IMG/VR virus record: IMGVR_UViG_3300020001_000001
Location: 1 to 57,411 of that record
Strand: one strand, 5' to 3'
DNA: 57,411 nt
From: a virus
Lineage: Duplodnaviria; Caudoviricetes
Of the stretch, positions 17,044 to 28,700 are shown one piece after another. The first letter of the stretch is position 1, and each line of letters begins with the position of its first letter. The position numbers and the translations under genes were made by a program. The notes beneath the pieces are model-generated. The model was given only the letters and a program-made list of their open reading frames with translations, was not told where the DNA came from and ran no database searches.

Positions 17044-18720
17044 CTACGTCAGAGTGAAGCCCGGATCGACATAGTAGGTTGAACTCGCGGCGGCGAACTT
17101 CATCTGCACCGTGACGAACCCCGCGAGTTGTGGTTGCGGCGACGTGAGCGTAACCACCATGGCGATACGCCACCCGGCGCGGAAGGTACAATCGCCGTCT
17201 GTTACGGTTCCGCCGTCAACCGCCGTAGCGTAGCCTCCCGGTAGACTCGACGCGGTGTTGTGCGGCGACGAGCCTATCGCGGTGCAGAAAAATACTCTAC
17301 CGGAGTTACTAGATACACTAATTGCGTCGCCAACGGCTTGCGTGTGTGAGTTGGCGCGAGCCGTCGCCAGCGTATCCCAGGCCGACGTATCCGCGCTCCA
17401 GTTCGCCGCTATCGTCAGCATGTTGGACTTCGAACCGGTCTTTACAGACCCAACGGGGCTACTCGCGCTCCCGAAGTACCGAACTTCCGGCCACAGATCA
17501 CCGTTGGTCGGAATGGCCGACGTGTTAGAGATCGCGTACACCGTGACCGTTGCGTTCGAGCCGATGGCGGCGTTCCATTTATGGAGGGCTTCGCCGACGA
17601 AAAGGTTACGGAATTTTACGCCTGCCCCGGTCACGATCTTTTCGGAGTAACCTGCGATGGAGTCGTTAGCGCCTCCCGTACGGATTACGGCGAGACTGTT
17701 GGTCAGCGTGCCGAGAGTGTCGTAGATGGAGTGTGCCTCTGTGTCCGCGCCGTTGGCGGCGGCGAAACACACGACGCGCCCGTAACCGAGACCCGAACCG
17801 AAACCGTTCGTGCCGCCGAAACCACTGGCCGTTTTGACCCGACTCAGGTTGATCTGCACCGGATTATTGACAACGGCGAGTATCGCCCCGGTCAGCCCTG
17901 AAATATCCACATTGATAAGACTGATCTCAGTGAAGTTGCCGCCCGAGAACATATTGGTCGCGCCGGAGCCGCCTACCGCGCTCGCCGTGTCACGCCAAAT
18001 GAAACGACCCCCGGATGATGAACTCGTGAATAACTGCCCGAGTCCGCTAGTCGGGTTGTACGCCGTGTTGATGAACTCCGTATATGTGCCCGTCGCTCCA
18101 AGCTGGCTGGAGCCGTTCTGACTGATCGTGCAGTTTTCGTAAATTTGGACCCGATTACTGGTGACGTTGAAGCCTCCCGTTGACCCGGAAGAAAACGTGA
18201 GGCCATTGAAATACCACGAACCCGTCCAGTTCTTCGATGAATTGTTGGTGAATGCCGCCCCAGTCTTTACGTCTGAGGCCGTCGGCGACGCGACGGTGTG
18301 ATCCACCGATATGACGTTCAGAACACTCGTATCGGCGCTTATCCCGGAGTTCATATCCTGACTGAGCGTCTGCGTATGATCATCACCGAGATAAATAATA
18401 TCGTCGGCAGAACTTCGTCCGTACGCAGTTTCTAGTAGGGCAAAACACGCCGTCCAAGCGTATGTGGCGTTGCCTGTAACCTCGGTCCAGGTTCCACCAT
18501 TGTCCGCCGTGGTCGCGCCGTTACCGAGGTTCCAGGTTGGTTGCAGCGCCCCCGTAGTGAACGTCCCGCCGTTGTTGCGAAACGCACGTTCGTTGCCCGA
18601 CGACGGCGCGGTTGCTCGCACGATGGTCCCTGTCGGCGTGGATACTCCGGTGGCCCAAGCCGTAATTCCCCAAAACCCGGTAGTCGAACCGTTGCCGTTG
18701 TTGCAATACCGCGTGGTCAT
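17044..18720 (-). CDS. Tail fibre / receptor-binding protein
   Basis: G/S/T/N-rich, beta-helix-like composition; position after the tail tip gene. Confidence 0.7.
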   Translation of the reverse strand: MTTRYCNNGNGSTTGFWGITAWATGVSTPTGTIVRATAPSSGNERAFRNNGGTFTTGALQPTWNLGNGATTADNGGTWTEVTGNATYAWTACFALLETAYGRSSADDIIYLGDDHTQTLSQDMNSGISADTSVLNVISVDHTVASPTASDVKTGAAFTNNSSKNWTGSWYFNGLTFSSGSTGGFNVTSNRVQIYENCTISQNGSSQLGATGTYTEFINTAYNPTSGLGQLFTSSSSGGRFIWRDTASAVGGSGATNMFSGGNFTEISLINVDISGLTGAILAVVNNPVQINLSRVKTASGFGGTNGFGSGLGYGRVVCFAAANGADTEAHSIYDTLGTLTNSLAVIRTGGANDSIAGYSEKIVTGAGVKFRNLFVGEALHKWNAAIGSNATVTVYAISNTSAIPTNGDLWPEVRYFGSASSPVGSVKTGSKSNMLTIAANWSADTSAWDTLATARANSHTQAVGDAISVSSNSGRVFFCTAIGSSPHNTASSLPGGYATAVDGGTVTDGDCTFRAGWRIAMVVTLTSPQPQLAGFVTVQMKFAAASSTYYVDPGFTLT

Positions 18721-18751
18721 TTCAACTCTCCAACTCGGAAGTAACTTCCGA

Positions 18752-21700
18752 TCATGCCGATGTTCCGTCGGGGAACGGTTTTGTGTATGTCGCTGTCGTC
18801 TCGACTACGCCACCTGGGACCGGACGCATGTAGCTGGTTACGATGATCGGAACTGCGGCCATCGTGCCGGTTCCGGCCATGGTCGCAACTGTCGCGGCAA
18901 TAGCCGATGCAGCCCCGGTGAGCGCACCCGCTCCGGCCATGGTCGCGACGCCCGTGCCGGTGCTTCCGGCAATCCCGGTTAGTGTCCCGGTTCCGGTCAT
19001 GGTCGCAACGGTTGCGGCATCCGCGGTTCCGACCGCGGCCAGGGTCCCGACGCCCGCCATCGTCGCGACAGTGTCGGACAGGCCGACTCCAGCCGCCGCC
19101 ATTGCGCCGGTTCCGGCCATCGTCGCGGTCGTCACTTGTAGCGAACTTCCCGTCGCGGGCATCGCGCCGGTTCCGGTCATGGTCGCTACCGTTGTCGCAA
19201 CCGTCGAGTCGAACACCGCCGTAGAGCCTGTGCCCGTCATCGTGCCGGTTGTCTCGGCAATGGACGATCCGGTCGCTGCCAGTTCGCCGGTTCCTGCCAT
19301 CGCGGCCTCGGTGATCGACGGTCCAAGCCACGAGCCTACGCCGTTGAACTCGCCTTGGCCGTGCACGGTCGCGTTCGTAATCGCGACGCCGAGAACAGTC
19401 CCGACGCCGTTCATCGCGCCTTGCCCGTGCATCGTCGCGGTCGTAATCGCCGTACCGATTGCCATCATCGAACCGACGAAAGCGCCTTGCCCGTGCATCG
19501 TGGCCGCGCCCCATCGCACGATTTCGCCGACGCCGTGCAGCGCCCCGACGCCGCTCATGCGGGCAATACCGACGCCGTCGCCCACGTACGCCAGTTTCAC
19601 CCGGTACGATTTCAGGCTTTGCCGTCCGTCCGTCACGGTGTAGAGGATCAAATCGACGCGCTCCGGGTCAGGCCCGCTCGCCGCCTCGGTCGCGTCGTAG
19701 GTATAGGTGCTGGCCGATATCCCGGTGTGCGACCGGATCAGCGCGTCAGTCGCGCCGTCATGGACCTCCACTACGTATGTCGTCGAGGCTTCTGCCGTAA
19801 CCGCGCCGTCGAGATGCGTCACTATCTGATCGAACTGCGTCAGGCGGTTGCGCGCGACCCACGTCAGGGTGGCGTCGCCGCGAACGGCAGTCGGATCGTC
19901 GGTCAGCGCGAGTGAGCCGTTCAACTCCACGTCGCCCGGCGCGTACGGCAGCATGTGCCGTGCGACAATGACGACTTCCTCGTGTGTCGCGGTGACAAGA
20001 TCGCTCGCGGCGGTCGCGGTCACGTTCTGCAACTGTACGTCGATCACTTCGCCGAAGGCGAATGGATCAGTCCGCGCGAGCCGGTCGCCGTCGTAGAAAA
20101 ACAGAAGTTCGCCGGTCGAGTGCTTCTCGGGGATGGTATCAGCCGCACCGCGCTCAATCGTAACGTGCCCGGTCGTGATGTCGAAGCTGACGATCTTGAT
20201 AACCTCGTCGCCCAACAGTGCCGCCGTGTCGGAAGTAACTTCCGTCAGGTCGAAACCCGCCGACAGATCGAGGCCGGTGTCGTAATACCCGACCGGCGCG
20301 ACAACAACGCCAACTGGCGAAAACACGCCGGTCGATACGGACGGCGCGCCGCCAGTCGGAGTCGCGCTCATGCGGATTGACTTACTCGTCAACGTCGGGC
20401 GACCGGCAACGCCGATAACGCCGCCTTCGGTATCTGGCACCGCCGCCAGCTCCGCCGCAGACAAGATGCGGGCCATCTCGAAGTAGTTCGCCTCCGCGAC
20501 GAACTCCCGCGTGATCGACGGCGCGAAACCCGACTGTACCGGCGGTATCCAGCTACCGGGAACTGCCGCCGCGTAGACTGTGGATGGAAGGCCGAACACG
20601 TCTTGAAGGCACTCCATCGTTATCGTGCCGTCGATCATGGTTCCGTCGTCGTACGTCGCTACGCGAAGAAGCATACTCCCGATACCCGCGTCAGGTGCGG
20701 CGATGCGGATCACCATACCGGGTTGAATGCGCCACGCGCGCCGGTCGAACTTCAGCGTGAGACGTTTCAGCCCTGCGGACCCTACACGTAGTTCCCGCAA
20801 CGCCACGCGCGTCGCGATGTCCTGATCGTAGATGCCGGGGAAGTCTTTTGTCACCGACACCACGGCGTTCAACGACTGGATCGACGCCGGGTTCTGTACG
20901 CGCTTCTGCCGATCTTCGTCGAGGTTCTGTTCGCGCCAGTTCACAATGACCTCGTTCGCCACCACAAGCGACGAGCCGGTCTCGCTGGCCGTGACGGACA
21001 ACAGCCCGGATTGGTAATCGAAGAACGGCACGAGCGAGCGGTCGTAATCGTCGCGGATCAGCCGCAGGATCATCAGGCCGGTGCCGCGGTCGATGTACAG
21101 CACGCCGCCGATATGGTCGATTACCGTTTGAATGAAGGCACCGATATCGGTGTCCTTCGTCCACCGAATGCACATTCCAAAGTTCTCGGTCCAAAGGGCG
21201 TTCGCGGCGTACGTCCAGGCCGCGTCGTCCATGTCCGCGCGATCGAGGCCGAGGCCCCATTCGGGATCGGTTAAGCACTGGTACAGAATGTGCGCCGGGT
21301 TCATCCCGATTACGGCGCTTGGCGTGGTGACGCCGTCCCGCGTCACGTCAACGAACGAGAGTAGTCGCACCTTGGCGGGATACCAGCAACCGTTGTCGCC
21401 CCAGCCATTCAGCGCACGACGCGTTCTGATTTTCCACGTCTTCGGATACGGATTATTCGAGCAAACCTGACCGCTGTAGTACAGCGTCGTCGTGCCCTTG
21501 AAGTCGGATATGTCCGCACGCCGCTCCGTAACGATGGTGCTGTCCTGAACGCCTACGCCGTCAACGTACGTCACCGCATCGCCAGACGGAACGGCGGATA
21601 TGGCGTCCTTTATGAAACCCGGAACGATCTGACTGGCCGCGCCGAACAGGAACGTGAGCGTTCCGACGATGCCGCCTTCGCCAGTATCACCGCCGAACAA

Positions 21701-21880
21701 TTCTGGCGCGGTTATCGAGACGGATGTTCCGTCCACTACCGGCCCGTTCTCCACCCATGCGTACTGATCTCCAACCTTGATCGTCACCACGTCGTCAACC
21801 GGGCCGCGCCCGATACCCATAAGGATATCGAAGAAGTATTTGTACCCGGTGATCTGTGAGTTACCGCCGCCTTTACTCAC
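18752..21880 (-). CDS. Central tail tip / host-specificity protein with C-terminal repeat array
   Basis: MNPAHILYQCLTDPEWGLG and LIRDDY Chi-like tail motifs; 12 ATMxGxG repeats. Confidence 0.85.
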   Translation of the reverse strand: MSKGGGNSQITGYKYFFDILMGIGRGPVDDVVTIKVGDQYAWVENGPVVDGTSVSITAPELFGGDTGEGGIVGTLTFLFGAASQIVPGFIKDAISAVPSGDAVTYVDGVGVQDSTIVTERRADISDFKGTTTLYYSGQVCSNNPYPKTWKIRTRRALNGWGDNGCWYPAKVRLLSFVDVTRDGVTTPSAVIGMNPAHILYQCLTDPEWGLGLDRADMDDAAWTYAANALWTENFGMCIRWTKDTDIGAFIQTVIDHIGGVLYIDRGTGLMILRLIRDDYDRSLVPFFDYQSGLLSVTASETGSSLVVANEVIVNWREQNLDEDRQKRVQNPASIQSLNAVVSVTKDFPGIYDQDIATRVALRELRVGSAGLKRLTLKFDRRAWRIQPGMVIRIAAPDAGIGSMLLRVATYDDGTMIDGTITMECLQDVFGLPSTVYAAAVPGSWIPPVQSGFAPSITREFVAEANYFEMARILSAAELAAVPDTEGGVIGVAGRPTLTSKSIRMSATPTGGAPSVSTGVFSPVGVVVAPVGYYDTGLDLSAGFDLTEVTSDTAALLGDEVIKIVSFDITTGHVTIERGAADTIPEKHSTGELLFFYDGDRLARTDPFAFGEVIDVQLQNVTATAASDLVTATHEEVVIVARHMLPYAPGDVELNGSLALTDDPTAVRGDATLTWVARNRLTQFDQIVTHLDGAVTAEASTTYVVEVHDGATDALIRSHTGISASTYTYDATEAASGPDPERVDLILYTVTDGRQSLKSYRVKLAYVGDGVGIARMSGVGALHGVGEIVRWGAATMHGQGAFVGSMMAIGTAITTATMHGQGAMNGVGTVLGVAITNATVHGQGEFNGVGSWLGPSITEAAMAGTGELAATGSSIAETTGTMTGTGSTAVFDSTVATTVATMTGTGAMPATGSSLQVTTATMAGTGAMAAAGVGLSDTVATMAGVGTLAAVGTADAATVATMTGTGTLTGIAGSTGTGVATMAGAGALTGAASAIAATVATMAGTGTMAAVPIIVTSYMRPVPGGVVETTATYTKPFPDGTSA

Positions 21881-22091
21881 CGGAAGTCACTTCCGCGCGA
21901 GCCGCGTCAACTACCCGTAGCGCCAGCGGATCGCCAGTGTCGAGAAACACTTGCGCCGCGATGCCGTCCCGCAGGAACGCCATCCAGTTCATGTCATGCG
22001 CCGCGAACCACGCACGAGCGCCGCCGGTGCATAATTTCGCGGCGCGCAAGTGGCGTATGTGGCACCGTAATTCGGAAGTTACTTCCGTCAT
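21873..22091 (-). CDS. Tail assembly protein (Chi-like)
   Basis: LCTGGARAWFAAHDMNWMAFLRDGI motif. Confidence 0.75.
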   Translation of the reverse strand: MTEVTSELRCHIRHLRAAKLCTGGARAWFAAHDMNWMAFLRDGIAAQVFLDTGDPLALRVVDAARAEVTSGE

Positions 22092-22336
22092 TTTTTACCG
22101 CCGCCGCTTGATTGCCTGATCGCCTCAGTGCGCAGGTTCCCATACCATAATACCTGCCAATCCGGCGTCCAGCAATCCCCGAAGATAACCGACTGCGGCG
22201 TGCCCTCCAGCGCGACAGGAAAGCTGAAATCGGTCAATTTCGTCGGCGTCGCGTCCGTGTTCTTCGGATGCGGCGTCGTGAGCGCGGTTATGACGTAGGA
22301 GACGATGAGTAGCGCGATAGCCCAAACGAAATTCAC
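22088..22336 (-). CDS. Tail assembly protein
   Basis: GTG with AAGGAG RBS; DFSFPVALEGTPQSVIFGDCW...WYG. Confidence 0.75.
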   Translation of the reverse strand: MNFVWAIALLIVSYVITALTTPHPKNTDATPTKLTDFSFPVALEGTPQSVIFGDCWTPDWQVLWYGNLRTEAIRQSSGGGKK

Positions 22337-22350
22337 GACTGCGCTCCTTC

Positions 22351-23199
22351 TCAGAAAACCGGATTGCCGTCGAACGGACTCTTGCCGGGCAGCATACCGA
22401 AACCGCCGTACCTGGATATGTTGCCGATACCCGGATCGCCAAAGTGACGGCACGAGGACGGGACCAGTGTGCAGCCGGGAAGCAGCCTTACGGCCATGCC
22501 GACGGTCAGGCCGTCCGCGGCTCCAAGTAGAATACAGGTCGATCCGTCGTCCTGCTGAATGCCGCGTCGCTCCACGTACGCCGGGTCGGGGTTCCACTCA
22601 ATGAAACCCGCTGCGAAACGATTGTCCCACCGTGCGGGGGACGGCTGCGCGTCCAGGGCGTACCCGAAAGCGTTCCCGTACAGCGCCGTGATCGTCGCCG
22701 GTTCGGCCCAATCGCCCGCGCCCAGGCCGCAACCGGGACCATAGACGTTGTGGGTGCAGCCGCGCGTCCACGCGAGACGTAAACCGCGACGGTTGAGAAA
22801 AAAGGTTTGCGTATTGCACACGATGTCGGACGTGACCGGATCACGGTACTTAACCGAGGAAATGAAGCCGGTCCACACCAGCGGCGCGAAATTATCGCCG
22901 TATTGCAGTAGTCGAACCTGCACCTTTATCGGTTGAGACGGCGGCGTACCGACGAACATGCGCGGGATCGCGATTGACGACGGAACGGTTATAGTGAAAT
23001 CGTCCGTTACCGCCTGACCTTTCTGCTTAAAACCGTCGTCCAGTATCGCGATTGCGGAATAAATGTCGCCCGCGTACGACACGTCTCTGTCGCCTGACGC
23101 ATAGCGCCAGAACGCGTCGCCGCGTTTGAACGTGTACAGGCGAACATCTTCACCGTCGTTGGTGCTGATCTCGCGGAGGTCATAGGATGATCCTGACAT
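22351..23199 (-). CDS. BR0599/DUF2163-family tail hub protein
   Basis: C.H.VY...CG; LLPGC.....C..F....YGGF..P..PF motifs. Confidence 0.85.
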   Translation of the reverse strand: MSGSSYDLREISTNDGEDVRLYTFKRGDAFWRYASGDRDVSYAGDIYSAIAILDDGFKQKGQAVTDDFTITVPSSIAIPRMFVGTPPSQPIKVQVRLLQYGDNFAPLVWTGFISSVKYRDPVTSDIVCNTQTFFLNRRGLRLAWTRGCTHNVYGPGCGLGAGDWAEPATITALYGNAFGYALDAQPSPARWDNRFAAGFIEWNPDPAYVERRGIQQDDGSTCILLGAADGLTVGMAVRLLPGCTLVPSSCRHFGDPGIGNISRYGGFGMLPGKSPFDGNPVF

Positions 23200-23232
23200 A
23201 CGATCCTCTTTAGCAGACTTCGAACCGTTTCG

Positions 23233-25779
23233 CTAGGCTTGACCACCGGCGCTACCGTCAGCGCCTGCGCCGCCATCACCGCCGCCGCCGCTACCGTCGG
23301 CGCCGCCGCTTCCGCCGTCTTGCGAACCCTCGAATACTGACGAGCCGGGGTCCGTGACGATATCCACGTTCGAGGGGAGTGGCGGAAAACCGTCGCCTGA
23401 CTGCACGTACGACCCGGTAAATATGTTCGTCGAGTACGGACTGGCGTCTCGACGATCCGTGATTGCGGCGAACGCTGTCGTGACGGTCGCGGCTCCCGAC
23501 GCGTCAGTGTGGTGCAGTATTTCGATCTCGTCCAGGTCCTGTCGGGACAGCACAACAAAACAGGCGCGCACGAGAATATCCTCGGCCACGTTACGACCAA
23601 GCGCCTCCGTGAAGGTAAGTCGCTCTGTCTGATCGCTAATAATCTCCGCGCTCGCGACTGTGCGCAACACGACGCTTCCGTCATGGAAGTAGAAACCGAC
23701 AAGATGTCTCTCAGTGTCCGCCGAGAGAATGTATTCAGTATAGCCATATCGCTCGATAACCAGTGTAGTGCTCGTAGCTGCCGCGAATTGGGCCGGAACC
23801 ACGTCGCGGTAGTACGTCGGCACGTAGAGCGGCATCAGTTTCCCGCGTAGCCAGTAGAGAAATCCACGAAACGCTTTCATCTCCGCGCGGCCTTGCAGGA
23901 CCAGCCCAACTTGTTGCACGACGAGCGAGCGCCCTCCGAGGTCGCTACGCGGCGTCCAGGGACTAAGCTGATTGTCAAACTCCGCAAGCAGCCGCGAGTA
24001 CGTGACGCTGATATCGGTAGCCTCATTCGGGAGAACGGCTAACACCGGGTAAAGCGCGCCCGGCAGGACGTCGGGCTCGACCGCGTCGAAATCGTTTATC
24101 TCCACGGACTGAAACAAGATGGTGACTTGCTGCGCGCCGTCGCCCATGCGCTTGCCGTTCTGCGTTCCCTGCATGAACGCCTGTTTCGTAAGGTAGACCG
24201 ATGACCCACGAGGCCAGTCGCGGACCAAAGGCGACGCCAGCGTGAGTTGCCCGGAAGTTACTTCCGCGACGACGACGCCCTCGAAAATGAAAGGCGTGTC
24301 GGAGTCGATCAACACGATTGTCGATCCGGCGACGATCTCGGTATCGTCCGTCGTGTCGCAGGTCAACGTGATCGAACCGGCATCGTGCGCACTTGCGAGA
24401 AACAGTTTCTCCCACCATAGCGGATATATCCACCGGCTCGCGGCGGGGCCAATCATGTACGCGTCGTACAGGCGTCGCGTCGCGTCGATAAGCGTGAAGG
24501 ACGCCTCGATCTGACGACGCGGAGAAGCGCGGAGACAACGACGCTGTTCGTCCGCGCTCTGCGACCGGATAACATCGGTTTTCCACTGTAGCCGCTCCGT
24601 TACGCCGTTTACCCAATCCGGCTCAATCGTCCAGATAGGAAACACCGGAGAGAATACGCCGGACCCTTCGATGACCGCCATCGCGGGCGCGATGATCGAC
24701 GCCGGTTCGGGAAACGTCGTCGGCAGGAAGTCCACGGACGGCGCCCCCGGCTCACCGGCGTTACCGTTAGTGTACCCGGTAGTTCCGCCCGCTCGTGTCG
24801 TGCCGCCGTCCATCACGAAATCCGTGATGTAGCCGATATAGACTTTATGCGCCGCCGCGATGATCGGCTGAGAGTTGAAACGTGACGAGAAACCCGGCGA
24901 GCCGTTGACGGAGTAGACCGGCGTCGAGTCCAGTAACGTACCGGGCACGCCGCCGGGACCATCGGAGTCGAACAGCACGCCGCGAACATGCCCCGGCCCG
25001 CTCGATACCATGTTTATCAGCAGGGCGCCGAGGCTGAAATCCGTAGCAGGCGTGAAGGGCGTGACCCATAAAGTCGGTTGAGTGAATACTGTATATCCCC
25101 CGTACGCAAGATCGCCCACGGCAGAGTATGTTGAAGTCCATCCGCTGTACCCGGTTGGCGGCGCGTGACGAAATGCCGATGCTCCGAAATTAAGCGTAAC
25201 GCTGTCGGGCGTATTCCGAACCGACACGGCGGGCCACACTCGCGTTCCGAGTGTCAGGCTGTCGGCGCCGGAGTTGTTTTCGAACTTCAACCCGCCGACT
25301 CCGGTCGCCGGATTAGCGGACGGGTTGCCGTTCCACGATCCGGTATTCAGTTTGAACCACGCGAGCCGCTTGGTTACGTCAAAAGCGAGCGCGCCGTGAT
25401 CTCCGGCGACCCACGTATCGGAAACATGCGAAAAACCGTCACCTACGTTGTTTCCGTACCATCCACCTGTCGAGCCCGTGGCCAGCCCGGTTCGTGCGGC
25501 GCTAGGTGTGCTGAAATCCTGGTCGCCGACAAACCTATTCGGTAAAATGGTACCGTACCTGTAGCCCACAACTCCGACGTGGATTGATCCGAACAAGCCG
25601 TCGTCGAGTACGTCGTTGACGGTAAACTCAAAATACCACTTACCGGCGGTTTTCCCCTCAAACGCCCGGACGGCAGTAAAAGAGGCGGCTCCCGGCGCGG
25701 AAGCGGTCAGCCCCGAAGGACTGATCGTGATGTCGGTTCCCGCCGTGGATGGGTCGAGTTTCGTGTACGTCGGCATCAA
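23233..25779 (-). CDS. Distal tail-type protein with N-terminal SPRY/lectin-like domain
   Basis: GKWYFEF SPRY-like motif; PDW..GVTERLQWKTDVIRS....EQRR.LR..PRR tail domain. Confidence 0.75.
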   Translation of the reverse strand: MMPTYTKLDPSTAGTDITISPSGLTASAPGAASFTAVRAFEGKTAGKWYFEFTVNDVLDDGLFGSIHVGVVGYRYGTILPNRFVGDQDFSTPSAARTGLATGSTGGWYGNNVGDGFSHVSDTWVAGDHGALAFDVTKRLAWFKLNTGSWNGNPSANPATGVGGLKFENNSGADSLTLGTRVWPAVSVRNTPDSVTLNFGASAFRHAPPTGYSGWTSTYSAVGDLAYGGYTVFTQPTLWVTPFTPATDFSLGALLINMVSSGPGHVRGVLFDSDGPGGVPGTLLDSTPVYSVNGSPGFSSRFNSQPIIAAAHKVYIGYITDFVMDGGTTRAGGTTGYTNGNAGEPGAPSVDFLPTTFPEPASIIAPAMAVIEGSGVFSPVFPIWTIEPDWVNGVTERLQWKTDVIRSQSADEQRRCLRASPRRQIEASFTLIDATRRLYDAYMIGPAASRWIYPLWWEKLFLASAHDAGSITLTCDTTDDTEIVAGSTIVLIDSDTPFIFEGVVVAEVTSGQLTLASPLVRDWPRGSSVYLTKQAFMQGTQNGKRMGDGAQQVTILFQSVEINDFDAVEPDVLPGALYPVLAVLPNEATDISVTYSRLLAEFDNQLSPWTPRSDLGGRSLVVQQVGLVLQGRAEMKAFRGFLYWLRGKLMPLYVPTYYRDVVPAQFAAATSTTLVIERYGYTEYILSADTERHLVGFYFHDGSVVLRTVASAEIISDQTERLTFTEALGRNVAEDILVRACFVVLSRQDLDEIEILHHTDASGAATVTTAFAAITDRRDASPYSTNIFTGSYVQSGDGFPPLPSNVDIVTDPGSSVFEGSQDGGSGGADGSGGGGDGGAGADGSAGGQA

Positions 25780-28700
25780 CCGTTCCCCAGGATGCTGCGG
25801 ATTGCGCCCGCGTTGTTCTTAATGTGGGTTATCACTGTCTTCTCGCCGTGAGAACCGGCGAGTGCCCCGGCGAGGTCCCGCTCATTCATGACGAGAACCT
25901 GACGGATCGACTGCGGCGCGGAAGTTACTTCCGGTTTCCCGGTGTAGTTATTCCGGTGACGCGGATCGTTCGCCGTAAGCATTTCCTCCCCGACTTTACC
26001 AACAAGCGGCACTTCCTGCGGCCCGAGGCCGACGACGCCCCCCGTGTGCATCCGTCGCGCGTTGGCGAATATGTCGGGGTTGACGGATCGAGACATTGTG
26101 GTGGCGCCAATAATGCCGCCTTCGTGCGCCGCCGCCGAAAGAGTACTCACGGTGTCGATGAACGTGCCGCTCTCCGCTGCCGCCGATCCGGCACCCGCCG
26201 CCGCGCCGGCTCCGGCATTGAACAACTTGGCGATGCCGCCTCCCGCGCCGCTCGACTGAAGCGCGTTCAGTATCTCCTGTTTAATGATGATCGACGCGAT
26301 GTCCTTCAGTACGCCCGCCGCGAATTGCGAGAAGGCGACGCCGACCGCTTTCGCCACGTCGCCGATGTTGCCGACGCCCGCCGCGACGTTACCTACGGCT
26401 TGCGCGAGCGTGTCGAAACCCTGAAGCGCGTGGCTGACGATTGATTGGTCAACCTCGTTCGCGAATTTACGTTGCGAGGCCGTCAGGTCGTCGTTCGAGG
26501 CTTTCGTCTTCTCGATAGCCGCCTTCATCTTGGCGTAGACTTCAGGCGAGATTTCCCCGAGTGAACGCTGGAGGTCAATCTGTTTTTGGAGCGAGTCGAT
26601 CAACCCGTTTATGACCGGCTTCGCTTCGGCGTAGGCTTTGATCTGTTCGGCGTCCGCCTCACGTTGTGTCCTGTGGCCGTTCGCCACGAGATCGTTGAGC
26701 GTCTTAACCTTGTCGTTGCGCGCGGAGATCAAATCGCCGATCTTCGTCAGACTTTCCGCGTCCAGCGTCTCAAACGCCTTGGCGTCGTTCGGGTCGATCT
26801 TGGCGTTGGCCGCAAGCCGTTCCTGCGCGCGAGCGGTTTGCGGTTGTGCCCGAAGGTCCGCGTTCGACACCGCGATGGCGGCTCTGACCCTCGTGCCGGA
26901 CAGCCGCACGACTTCGGCGGTTTGGTCGAACGCTTGTTGCAGCGTTATTGTTCCGGCCTTCAGGTCCGCGGCGATCTTAGATACGCGGTCATCGCGCTCC
27001 TTCACGGCGGCATCAACAATAGCCTTGTCCGCCTCCGCCGTCGCGATGTCTACGGCCTGATCTCGTAGCTTCAACACCTGATTACGGAACTGTTCGATCG
27101 GCATACCGCCGATGGTCGTAACACCTTTGGCGACCAACGCTGCAATTTGATCCAGTGACGCTTGCGTTGCGTTCAAAGCCGCCTGTCGTTTTGCCGCCGC
27201 GTTCGTCGGGTCGGCATTGGCGATCCGGTCGTCCAGTGCGCGCTTGGCGGCGTCCGCCTCCTGCTTAACTTGTGCATCTTCCTTGTCGCGAACCGACTTT
27301 TGGCGCGACCGGAAGTCCGTGTCCAGTTTGGCCCGCAGTGCTTTGCTCTGGTCGTCTTCCTCCAGTCCGTTTCGGTCCTTGTCCATCTGCGCCTGGACCT
27401 CACGGCGCTTCGCGTCGGCTTCGGCCTTATCCCGCGCAATGCGGAGGGCGCTGTTGCCCATCGCCTCTTGCGACAACTGCTGGTCGATCATACGCTGGAG
27501 CCGGGTTTGCTCCAGTTGGTTCGCAGACTGCGTCAGCCCCGGTACGGCGTTGCCGGTCATCACGCCGGTCTGAGTTGGGAAGTTACTTCCGACCTGCGTT
27601 GTCCCGGCGCGTCGAATACCGAGTTGACGCGGGTCCTCGAATGACGTGGCTACCTTGCTGCCGTAATTGCCCGAGACCATTTCAACCAACAGTACGCCGT
27701 CCGACCCGGTTTTGAAGTTCCCGGTCGCGATACCAACGTGGCCTCCCGGCTCACCTGCTGGATGACCTTTTGACTGCACGAGAATATCACCCGCGCGGAC
27801 TTCGGCGGCGTTGGCTATCCCGACGCCCCACTTCTCGAAGTCGGTAGCGACGTTCGTTCCCGTGCCTTGGATGCCCGCCGCGCGCAACGCCGCGTTGGCG
27901 AAGGCCGCGCACCACGCGTTGATGATCGGTTCGATACTCTGCCCGATGAACGGTGCGACGGCTTGCAAGGTCTGCCCGCGGTGTTCCAGTGCCGCACTCG
28001 CCGCGCTACCCGCAAGCGCGTTTATCGCGTTTGTGCCGGTTGTCGGCCCGCCTTCGGGCGACTGCCCGGCGAGTTGAAGTAGCTTAAACTTGTCGGCGGC
28101 AGAGATCAGTTTCTTTTCAAGTTCGTCAACCTGTCGTCCAAGTCGATCAAGTAGCGGGTTAGTCTCAATCCCCTGCTTGGTCAGTTCATCGCGCAGCGTG
28201 TTGTACTTATCGAACGCCGTACGGAACTTATCGGATAGCGTGTCTACGTCATGTTGGGCGTTGCGGAGCGCCGGATTGTCCGTAGAGCCGCCGCGTCCCT
28301 GCCCGGTAAGCCCCTTCGTGAGCGCGCTCAGAACGTCTACGGTGCCCCGAGCACCGTCGATCAACGCCTTGAAGAACCCCTTGTTCTTGTCCGCGACCTC
28401 TTGCGAACCGAGTGCGTCCAGAAAATCGTGCCACGAGTTTTTCAGTTCAACGATGCCGTCACTGTACGGACCGATTCCGTCTTTCTTGGCGCGCTTCATG
28501 GCCTCGGAAACGGCGTCAATCGTCGCCGCGCGCGCCGCGTCAATCGTGCCGCCGTCTCGCTGCGCTTCCAAATATCGCGCCAGTTCCGGCGTCAGTAGTT
28601 TCATCTCCTGAAGTAGCTTCTCCAGGTCGTCGATGCTCCCGGTTGGGATGATCGACAGTTTCTTGGTCGCTTCGTCCGTCGTAATCCCGAAGGCCCGCGT

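Noticed and set aside
17044-19570. Diversity-generating retroelement or invertible tail-fibre cassette
   Set aside because: No reverse transcriptase, invertase or template/variable repeat pair is evident.
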